Positions 50,601 to 62,600 of a stretch of DNA of 64,000 nucleotides are shown here, piece by piece. The first letter of the stretch is position 1. Each line of letters starts with the position of its first letter. The stretch comes from Botryllus schlosseri (Eukaryota), in the NCBI GenBank assembly GCA_051294905.1, contig CM119381.1, forward strand, positions 16,120,001 to 16,184,000, written 5' to 3'. A program made the translations under genes and the position numbers. The notes under the pieces were generated by a model. The model saw only the letters and a list, made by a program, of their open reading frames with translations, did not search any database and was not told the origin of the DNA.

Positions 50601-53600
50601 TTTGCCACTGCTCTAAGAGACTCTCGCCTCAAAAATAAGCATTGCTTTTGATGACAGACGCATGAGCTTGGAAATTTTAGGAATTTTCCATCCCGTAGCT
50701 GCTTTTAGGATACTTCCGCATTTTTGAAATTGAAAAATCTTTGAATCCAGATGGAATCTGATTCAGAAACTTCATAATAATTTCAGTCGGATCGCATTCT
50801 CAGATTTCACAATCCGCTCATCTCTGGTTCGACAGGAGGGACATGATAGCGCACCGGACGACAATATGATTGCGGAAGGTTAGTTTGCATTTAGTCAAAC
50901 TGAAGTAGGTTCTTTCAGCTCTTGCCTCAAAGTGCTCACAAAAGTCACACGGTGCCAAGCTCAAACGCAGTTGCCGGGAGCTGATGAAAAATTCATGAAA
51001 GGATTGTGAGCTATGAATAATCCACCGCAAATGGATTGTATATACAGGTACGGTTCGTCACGAAAAATCACGATTCGTATCAAGCCTTATTGCCAAGTCG
51101 TAAATTTTGGAACCCGGGCAGCGAGACATCAAAGGAATACCATCAGAGCGTCAAAAAGCAAAAAGGTTGCTAGGTAGCGTCCAAGATCTAAGTAGCAAAA
51201 CATATCCAACGCTATGATCTTCACACAGAACTCTCTACTGAATAATTGATGAAAATGACAACAAACAGTACCGGTGCCCGCATACAGACAGAACTTCTAC
51301 TTTTTCCAAGAACTCAAGTAGGTTTCACCAACTAGTCCTATTTATGCCAGTGGTTCTATATTTAGATTAGTACCACTTCTATTCAACAACTACTTGCTCT
51401 TTTTCTCACATTTAAAGAGCTTCTTGGAGGTACGAAACCTCAATATACAATTGAATAGTATATTGAGATAAACCAAATATTTTAAGCTGACACTCGTCGC
51501 ATCGTAATTCACACTTTAATTTTGCATGGCAGTAAGCACTTTTGGGATCATCTCGGATGACTTTATGAGTGAAATTGACACGGTAACGGGCGAAAGAAGT
51601 CACAGTAACTGAAGATATTTTCAAAAATTGCACATATTTGTACAGTCCTTGGTATTTTTACAGCCCTTCGACAAAATCTACTTTCTGGAACCACTTATCT
51701 GAGTATTTCTCCACTTCTAATTGAAATATCTTCGACATGTCTTATAAATTGCTGCTTCTACCTGTAATTGAGTATCAAATTACGAGACATCAACTCCTAC
51801 TTGAGTAGCAACGCTAGCTACTTCGAAATCTCCGCACCTGATTTTTTGTATCTCAATCTCTTCACGAGAGTCCGCCCGAAGCACGGCGAGCTCGTTGTGC
51901 AGCTGCGCCACGTTGTCTCTCTCCAATTCCAAAGACTTGCTGAGCTGTTCGCGGCGGCTTTCTTCCGCGATCAACGCGTGCTTCAAATCTCTTTCCGTCC
52001 GATCGTTGTCGGCGTTTTGCTTCTCGTGGTCGCGTTTCATTTGTTCCGTTTCCTCGATCATATTTTCCAGTTGCTCTCGTGTTTGCGACAATTCGTTTTC
52101 GAGCTCGCGAACTTGGCGTTTGCCGTCGTCCAATTCGGACCTGGGAAGAACAAAAATATGAGCCGACCGCAGAGCGTTAAAAACTTTCTAAAATCTGTAT
52201 TCAAATCTTTATATGGGACTGATTTGAAATTCACAAATGACATCCAAAACTTCATACCGGTTATTGATCTCTTAAAGTCAACCGCCAACGTTTGATACAA
52301 TGCTACCATTCATCACAACATCCGTTACAAGAATTCATATATTTAATTCATATTTTATCGATATTTATAATCAATTTATAATTTATTTTAGCTTTGTTTT
52401 GTGTATGTCAACTGTCATTTTACTTGCTATTATTGTACCGTATACTTCAAAGATTGTTGTTGCCAATGTTACTATGTGAATTTCTGATCTATAATGTCTC
52501 ACTTTGCCCTATTGGTTTTACTTTTGAATATTTGAGTTTCAATAGGCCGTAGTAAACCTTGCAATGAATGTTGTGATGAGAGCAATCTTCAAGTTTTCTA
52601 CCGCGAACAATCTATTTATACACTGGTAACAATGTCACTCAATACGGAAGCAATTATAAGGACACAATCTACGTTAACCGCAAATCATAAAAGCAACAAA
52701 CAAAACACAGGACAGATCTACTAAGGACACAGTTCATTTAGAATGGCGATCGCAACATTCCTTCGTTAATAATTGACCTGGATATCCCAAGCTTGATAAT
52801 GAGCGATCAGATCAGGGAAACTAATGAAAGACCCAAAAACAAACTATATACGAAAAGCGTACTGAAGGGCTTCAGTGCGGGTCTGCGTCACTTTCGCGTC
52901 TTCCGTCAATTTCTTCTGCAACTTTCCGAGTTCGTTGTCAAGCTCCACCGATCTGTCTCTCTCTCTTTGCAGAGCAGGAAGGTAGTCGTCGGTACGCACG
53001 CGTTCCGATTCCAACGCGGAACGCACGTCGGCCGCCAACGCTCTCTCCTGCTGTAGCTTGTACTCCAGCCTTTCCACTGAAGAGAGAGTATAAATTTGAT
53101 TGTTACTTGGTTATTTTAAAGGTGGTCTGTGAGAATGCACTTTTGTTTTACTACTCAAGTCCGTTATGTCAACTTGCGATGCTCATTAGAGCAGTTACCT
53201 TTTTACATCACTTCCCCTTCAACATACCCGACTTTAAATTTCATGAGAAGTATGACGCTTAAAGCGTACCTACTCAGTACCGAACACATACCTTGACTTT
53301 GCAGCAGATATATGTTCTGATTGTGAGCAGACTTGTTGTTGCTGATCTGAGACTCGAGTCTTTGAAGCTTCTCTTCCGTCTGCCGAGAATGCCATAAGAA
53401 GGGGATGTTGTTTAAAGTCAGCAACAATCGACATCACAGATAGTTTCAAACCTGCTTCAGAGTTTCCCTGTCTTGCCTCAGCTCGGAAATCTCGGCCAGC
53501 AGCGGTTCGCGATCCAACGTCATCAGTTTCTCCATCGCCGTCATGTGCTGGGATCCCTGTCAGCGAAACTTATTTTACAAGCGTTCACAACTATTTACTG

Positions 53601-56600
53601 TGACATATATCATTGCCAACAACGTAAAAACGGGATTTCGACATATCCGAACATCGACCACACAAAAATACGCCAGTAACACATGGCAGAAGCAGAGTTA
53701 GAGCATATGCATATGTTAGTCGGAAAAGGAATGTAGAGAAGAGACTGCTAGCATTCAATTCACAATCATCCTGACTACGTGTATTAGTGATTAGCCGCTC
53801 ATATAATCGACCATGCTTATAATCAGAACTACACGTTAGATTTTCCACCCGTATTCTAGAGGAGTTATTTGTTGAGGATGTGTATGAAAACCCGGCAATC
53901 TGTAACATCTCCACCCGTCTCTGTGGACTCCAACCCAAAATCTTTTGGGGTGCATTCATTGCTACGAATTATTATCAGGGCTTTGCTATCCCGAAATTCT
54001 CAAATTTAAATAAATTGACATTATCGGGCGTCGAGGCAACATAATTTTGTTTACAACGATCGCATGAATTACGAGAATCGGCGATCACAAACAACCGGCA
54101 TTCCACATTAACACAAGGCCCGATAAAACGACAAACATGTCATCACGACATTCATCCCGTCCAATCACCGACCATGAGATTGTTAGCGGAAATCTGCGAC
54201 GTCAGACGTCTCAATTCGTGCCTGAGCAGGCACGATTCCACCCGGGGCAGTCCAGCACCACGCTTCCTACAATCGCAACGCTTCGACAAAAAATAACACC
54301 GCAATCAGGCGTGTACGCAGCCGAGTAAAGGGTGGGGTTTGAAAAAGTGGGTAAATCTTCAAAAGGTTGCATATCATGTTAGGGTTAAATACATGTGCAA
54401 ATGGCGAATATATAATGATCAGAGAAGCTTTCTCATGTTGACAAACTTATGCACATGATATATGTATTGTGTAAGCCGGCATAAGCGCCCCTTTTGCACG
54501 CTAAGATTAAAACTCATTGCATGTGAGATTAACGGCGAGATGCTATGTTACCAATATGCGGGCACTTCATATTGCAACACATCAGGAGACGTCAATCCCT
54601 CAATTTCAAGAACAAATTATTACACAACCTCATCGGGAGACCGCAAAACAATGTGCACTGATACGCATTGTGGGTGAATTTACTTCAGCGTTTCCGATTT
54701 TCTAGTTACTAATGGAGTGCGCGAGGTGTGTGAAGAACAATCAAATAATTACGGACAGTCACAGACACGAGAGAAAGCCATCGTTTTTTTCTAATCAAAA
54801 CGCACCAGCTGTGCTACGAACTGGTGAATTGCAAATGAGCTGAGAAATATTACATAACAGAGGGTAGGCAATAGAAAAGAGAGGGGTTTTATCCCAAAAT
54901 TTTCCTCCAGGCACGCAACTGACGCCAAAACCAATCGAAGATATTGAAAAAAATTCAGAGACCATCGACCATATACAGGTCTCTTACCTGTTCGTTCAAT
55001 TTCTTCTCTAGCGCATCAGCTTTCAATGAAGCAGGCATAGCTGACGGCGCTCGACCTTCGACCTCTGCGTTTCCTGCTTCGATATTTGCCTCGACGACCG
55101 ACGTTTGAAGTTCTGCTATCAGAACTTCTCTCTCTTTCTCAAACACTTCTGCAACCGCGCTAATCAGATCGGCACGCGGGTCGTCACTTTGAGGCTGGTC
55201 CTCTTCCTGTGCATCAAGCCAGATATAAAGATTTGTGTGTATAGCGTAGGTTTCAAGTGTTTACCGATAGATCGGGATTGGCTTGAATGACGAGATTCTT
55301 CAAAGCCTGCAGCGCGTCGACCAGCGCTAGCTTCTCACCGTCGTAAGCGTCTTTCAGTTTGGCCAAGTCACCTTCCAGTCTTATGGAGGTCTGAACAGAA
55401 ATGAGCTCATCTACTGCGACGATAGTCATAATTTTGCGCTGACATTCAACATAATCACCAGCTTGGCACTATTATTTTCATTCGCTCATGACTCGCAACG
55501 CAAAATGTCATGTAATGAACGGAAACTGAATATGTAAAAACAACTATGCTCAGTCTATCAAACTGGCATTCATTTTGGGCTATTGGCACTATAGGTGTCA
55601 ATGCCAGACATCAGTGACGTTGATAGGGTTCATGATATCTGTGTTCTTTTGACATTTCCTTGCTCCTTTGTACTCTTCCCCTGTTCGTAACGGATGTTAT
55701 CATAGCCAAGTAAATATCAGATTACTAGGTTTAATAAGGGGTATGCATTGTCTGAGCGACAAATTGTATTTTACAACGTTTGAAAGCGCCATTTTATTCG
55801 TTCGACAGACAAAATATTCCAGAGATAGAATTGTGTGTTTCTCAGTGAAACATTTGAAACTGCCGTTTTAATCATTTGAGAGATTAAGCCCCACTCCACT
55901 GACCTGCTGTGCTTCCTCTACCGTAGCAGGAGGTGGTGCTGTTAGCGTGCTGGTGGTACGTAGCGGCTTCTGATGCTGTCTCAAAAACATCAGTTCCGAA
56001 AGCGACAACACCTGCACTCCCTCGTTGTGAACTCTCTCCAACAGGGCCTAGAATATTCAAAAAATAAAAATGATGACGATAACAATAAACAAGATGATGA
56101 ATACCCTTATTTTATTCGGTATGTCGTCATCAGAGCCTTCCTCCCTGGGGGTGCCTCCAGACGCAAAATGACCCATCAGGTTCTGGTCCAGTTGATCTGC
56201 GATATCCAATTCCTCCCACAGCCTTCTCGCGAGTTCGCTGTCGCCTGAATTACGAGACACTCGAATACAGAGATAAACGGTAAACAGTTGATACGTACCC
56301 GAAAACGACTCCTGCAGAATCTCGGTGAGCTCCTTCTTGTGTTTTTGCCGCAATTCCTCGACGCTCTTCTCATGCTCTTCCAGCATTTGCCGTTTGGTGT
56401 CTTCCACCACTCGGGTGAGGGCTTGAGAGTATTTGTTCTGCGAAAGTAATTTGAATTCGAACGGCACGTCGGCTAAAGCTGACCGTACCCCTCGATTCTA
56501 AGACGCCAGTCTCAAAAAGACTAAACATAATCTCATTTTTTCTCAGTACTGAAATGATATGCTCCTATCCAGCAAGAGGTATATTTCAACGAGAATTATA

Positions 56601-59600
56601 GTTTCAATACTGTTCTCCCACTGTTGAATCCTTGATCGTATTACAGCATTCAAAACTGCACACGTTAGTGGAAGTGATATTTAAATCATGATCATTCCAA
56701 AGCCTTTGTGGTCGTATATTTGAATCATTCTCTCATGACATCACAATGAGTGATACCGAGATACTCAAGATGACGCCTGTTACTCGATTCGAAATGTAGT
56801 GATCTAGGTACTGGATCTTACCTAGTCGGCCAAAAACGAAATCACGGTACCTTCATGTCTTCCATCTTCGCTTCATGTTCTCGTACCAGCTCTTCCTGTG
56901 ATAAAACAACGTCGCCTTCTTCCGAGCTTGATCCAGAGGACGAACTGGTGTCCTGAAAGGAAGGCAAACGAAAGTGAACACGTAACCGAGGAAATAACCG
57001 CGGATTACACATTACGTCGGTTTTTTGCTTTTCGTCGAAAAACATGGCAGACTTCGGTTCAACGGCACGCTCCTTTTCGAGTGCTTCAAGTTTTTGTGCC
57101 TTTCCTTCCAACTCCTGAGAATTGTACCCTTGGTGTTAGCGATTCCGCAAAAAAAACTACTATAGCTTATTCAACTACATCTCTCCTTTTTGTCATGCTA
57201 CATTCCTTTCGACAACAGTCAATCGTTTTTAAGCCAAAACAGTTCAATCAGGAGTAGGTGGGATTCAATTTATTATTCAAGTCATCATGTACTAGACCAG
57301 TGGTTCTCAACCGCCGGTCCGCGACGACTTTCCAGCCGGTCCGCGAGGTAAATTACAATTTTATATCTTAATTTCAAGATTCAATATGTTGAAGGCTTTT
57401 CCGTTAATAAAATAATTTGAACATCAAATTTTAAACTCATTCAGAACTTCGAGAAGTAACATTTGGTATGGAAACATGTTCCATTCGACTTGCAGTTCAA
57501 GCCGTGTCATTTGACGATATATGAGCGACAAGTACGAGCTGACTCGCTAAACCGCGCAGCAACCCAAACCACCCAATTGGATCGGGGCCCAAAATTATCT
57601 CGTGAATGATCATAAATTATATATATATATAGCATTTTTTGAAACTTTATCCAACTCTTTTCAAAATTTTTTCGCGCTTTGCGCGGTTTAGTGTCAGTAA
57701 AGTCTTGATTATTGGGTGTCCTTCCCCCAAGAAATACTCATGATATATAGAAATAACCATTGCAGCGTCAGCCATTACAGAGCCTCGACGCGCCAACACA
57801 TAATGACGGTTAGGTTAAGGACTCCGTGAAGTGTGCTAAAAATTGCCAGCGAGATAACCTTGGCCGAATAGGATTGCCCTTTGTTGACCGAAAACTTCGA
57901 TATATATATATACCCCATGTCTAATCGTCCATAGGCTCCAAAATGGCTGGCGCCGAATCTCTCTGTTCTGGCAATCTGTACTCCACACGACAAATGCCGT
58001 ACCAAAGTTATTTGCCAGTGATGAAATGCCAATCTGGAATCGTGTGCGTCCTTTAGTTTAGTACACCTGCATCTACTCCAGTGGTTCTCAACCTGGGGGC
58101 GCGAAGAAGCGGTCAAATGAAAAAAAATTGCGCTCTGCGCGATTTACCTCCCATTCACGCGTGTTTCTCTCTATATATAGACCGAATTTCATATTTTTGA
58201 ATTCTCTCATCAACATTCATAACCTGCCATGCCATCAAACAATCTGTTGGGGTTACTAGCATCCCGTCTGGATTTTGAGATATGACGATAAGGGGGGCTC
58301 GTAATTTTTCACTATCATAAAGGGGGGCGTGTCTAAAAAAGGTTGAGAATCACTGATCTACTCACTATATAACAGACAGTAGGTCACGAAGTTTGACATG
58401 AATATGATTAATTGTTATTAATTACGATCCCTAAATATTCCAAGACGACACCTCAATCAACTCTACCGGAAAATTTGATAATTCTGAGAGCATAAAATAT
58501 CTACAGCAATATAGTATATGCAATTACCAATATTATTGACCGATTCAGTCATGAGTTATAGAAAATATGTCACGCTTCGCGCGATTATGTTTCATAAACT
58601 CTCTGCCTACACTGAGTAGAAGGAATATGTTCACAAGTACTGGTGAAAACCGCCAATCAACTAGCCCCCAGAAGTTTGGTTTATCAACCTGTGGGGGCCC
58701 AGGACCAACGTTTTTGAGCGGGTAGGCTGACGATCGGCCTTAATTTTGTGGATGGCTAGGTATAGATGTTGTCAGGTGTTGTCGTGCGGAGCATTGTATT
58801 CACAGTAGCCGGAGTAGCCTATGTCTGGTCGCAGTGGGGAATGAGCGAGATAGACCGGAAAGGTGCTTGCTTATCGACTCCAATACGCTTGTCCTCTCGA
58901 TATTGTCGAAGAGAAGAATATTATTCGAGTTAGAGTGGTCGGGTAAATCTATGGCCGTCGGCGTGGAAGACTGTAAACGACTTTCGGCGCTAGCACGTTT
59001 ATCCAGACAAGGCAATTTTACCTCGACTCATCAGACTCACTACGGTATAATGACATGGATGCCATCATGACCATAATTAATTAATTACGATCAAAACCCT
59101 AAAATGTCACTCTCTAGCACCATATACTTCAGTGGTCGGGAATCTTTTTTGTCCGAAGAGCCAATTTGGCCCTATTTTTCCCATCTCAACTCCCAAAGAG
59201 CCATACATGTCAATCAACTGTTACGTCACAATTGTAAATTCGTGACGTCATGATAGCACTTATTCGAACTCACTACGTGGGATTCCTCGTGTGAGCCATA
59301 TTTCTCTGTAATAACTGGTATTTATTGTTGGAAAATAAAGTAAGGCACAGACGGGCCAAGCCTCACCATTGATAACGCAATTCATCGTAAGTAGCTTAGA
59401 ATTTATTACAACTGATATTAATCGAATGGGACTGTCTCACTGATTCCGAAATACTACATACATATCGACTTCTCACAGTATTCGGCGGTAACATAACGTT
59501 GCGCAACACGCCTGCGCCCTACATTTTATCGCCGGTATACTACACGGAGCTATACTTACCAATCAAGAACGTGGATAGCAGTGACGTTGTTTATATTTCG

Positions 59601-62600
59601 AGTTAGTAATACTCACATCCACAACAGTTCATTTCGCGCCGTAGATCAGTAAGACAATGCGTATTTGAAAACTGCGTTTTGAAATGGACGTCGCCACGTC
59701 TGCTATGCTCTTTGATTAATCAACGTATCGCACAATTCAAGATTTTGAGCCGGGTACATAGAATTCGCGAGTGATGTTGACCACCGGCGTGACAGTAACA
59801 TAAATTTGATAATTTTGAAAAGAGGGGGTCCGAGCCTATAAACCTAAAGACGACGTTGTTTTTGCTTCTCAAATACATGTTTATACTGCCACGAGAATAA
59901 TTATTCTAGCCGTGATGAAAATTTACCAACAAGTCGCAGCAACATTGATTAATCCAGTACAAGAATATCTATTTGGAAAAGAGCCATATCTTACACCCAA
60001 AAGAGCCATATATGGCTCGCGAGCCATAGGTTCCCGACCACTGATATACTTGCAAAAAACGGTTGCATACTTCACGTTTTGAGTTGATTTCAATTTTTGA
60101 AAATCCACCGGTCCCGCCAAACATTTTTTGGCATTTTACCGGTCCGCGAGGTGAAAAAGGTTGAGAACCACTGTACTAGACTACATAATGGAGCTTGAAT
60201 ATGATTCTAAAACCACTCCGAAACGGTAATGTCCAATATCAATTCTAATACAATTGTCCCGGCTACGTATGACCTTGATAAAGTCCACACGATTTACATT
60301 CTCTAATACTGCATATGAAAAGCAACGGTCCACTTACCCTATTTTTCTCATTCACCGCATTCTCCAAGCGCTCAACTTCGCTCTTCAATTGTTCAGTGTC
60401 TTTTTGGAGCTTATCGTTCTCCGCGTTCAACACTTGCCGTTCATCCCGTAGAAGTTCAACCTCATTTTCAAGAGTCTGATAAAACCAAAGAGCACCGATT
60501 ACCGATTCGTTTCCTGCCGCAAAGAGCAGCAAGCAACTATTTACCTCAGATTTCTGCACGGAATTGCGTATTTGCGCTGATATTTCCTTGGCTCTTTCCT
60601 CTTTGCTTCTCAAGTCTTCTTGAAGCTTCTCAATATCACGCTCACGCTGAGCTAATGTCTCCTTAATTTCAGACACCTGGGAATCGCAGATGGCGGTTCA
60701 AAATCGATCACTTTCCAGCATCAATATATAGAGATAAGATTCTAAGACACATAACTTATTCGTAACCACCGACTTAAAAGAATAACAACAGTTTCTTATA
60801 ACCAGTAATCACAAAAATCCATATCGCACAGTAATCTAAAAAGGATAATAATAAATCGTCACTGTCCACCAAAAATGTCAATTGAGCTACCCGCTGTAAG
60901 CTAGTACACACGCCAAGCCAACTGAAAAGGCTTTCCTTTCATGCGAACTAATCCTCTGACAATAAGTTTTTGAAGAGCCTCACAGTCAGTAGCAAATTAT
61001 AATCTCAAAGACACTTCACAGGTGCTTATAGCAGAATTGTGGTTATGACGCAGCTGGGTGGCGAAGCGTAAATAATTATTTCAGAAAGTGACATAATGAA
61101 CGGTCTACTGTCAAATTAAGCCGGTTCTAAATAGCACGCTCGTATATAATTTGAACATAGGGAATAATATAACGTGTCTCATCAAACTGATTGCTATACA
61201 ATTGTATAGTATATTCATATTGCCTGTTTGTTTGTGATATTCAACTACATTAGTCATTTTACACCAGGCTATTTTCGACTGACACTCGTGTTATACATGA
61301 ACAAATTAATATTTTATGCTGATAGAAACAATAAATTAAGGTTGGATTATGTTTTATCAGTGACTCTAACGTTATTGTAAAGAAGATGGTTTGAAAAATT
61401 CTGACCTTGCTATTTTCTTCGGCCAAGCCTGCTTTGAGTTTATCAACCTGTTCCTGCCACTGGCCTTGTTCCTGCTGCGTTTGTTGCAGTTGGCCGTCTT
61501 TATCCGATATCAGCTCTTCCAGTTCCTTTATCTTTCCTTTGAATTCCGATAAACTTTCTTCGTCAGAAGCCTCGGATGATAAAGTCGACTGACTGTCCGA
61601 ATTTGAGTCCTGGAAAAGATAATATCGCATTACTTCATGTAATGACGGGAGAAACTTGAATCACATTTCAGCAATCGGATACGTTTGACATTAAGCCGAA
61701 TATGATGGGTGTATAATCATTTCGAAATAGCTATAGCCATCGATTGATCTGCATATTTTGGTAGCGTAAAGAGTTGGTATGACTGACTACACTGACAATA
61801 CCTGATGCCATGATTATATTTGAACGAAAACAAGGTTAATTTAAATAATGAATTGAATTGGGAAATTGAATGCCTGGCTTCAAATGATGTTTGAAAAAAG
61901 CACTTGGCTTTATCTTCACCTCATTTTCTTCAGACTTTTCCTTTTTATTATCAGCTTCAAGTTTTTGTAGATGCTCGTCTAAGCGACTCCGTTCCTCCCG
62001 AGCGCTGTGTAATTCTTCCTCTTTTACAGCAAGCGTTTCTTCCAGCTCCTTGATTCTATCTTGGAGAACGGCCTGGTTCTGTTCTGCGTCTTGCAATCCC
62101 TGCGTCTCTCGCAAAAGAGACAGGTATTCCTTTTGCACGTCTTCGAGCGTGGACTCTAATTTTTCTTTCTCCTGCGACAAAAGAAGAGCGTATCATTAAA
62201 ATTTTGACAGAAAATGACAAGATTCAATAAAGAAAAATTGGGATACAGCAATGAACTCTGTAATAAGAACAACTGTCTTTTATATAAAATTCAGATATTG
62301 TAATAAATGTAACAGTTGAGTGATAGTACTCATATCAGCATATGATTAAACTTGAGAATTCAGAGTATTCACTTATTCAAACAGGGATTGAAGTCTCATC
62401 AAATTTAAATGAGCATTTGGCCATACTCAAAAATCACTACACAGCAACAGTTTAATAATTGCTAATTAGATTCACAGTAAATTCTTGGGAAAAGTTAGAT
62501 TTCTGTTAAGAGGAACCGATTCAAAGCTAATTCAGCATTTGGCCCAACTCAAAAATCATGACTGTAACAGAAAATTTATGCCAAATAGATTATCCATCAA

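Larger units (their letters stand above)
57298..60173. mobile_element. hAT (Buster/Charlie-type) host element, 2876 bp including two nested elements, in an AKAP9/PCNT intron
   Basis: TIRs CAGTGGTTCTCAACC / GGTTGAGAACCACTG; perfect TSD tactagac; ccggtccgcg subterminal repeats at both ends. Confidence 0.92.

Noticed and set aside
58800-59015. ORF (…STPTAIDLPDHSNSNN…) as an extra AKAP9/PCNT exon
   Set aside because: It lies inside the TSD-bounded hAT host element, has no coiled-coil character, and the flanking exons already join in phase 0.
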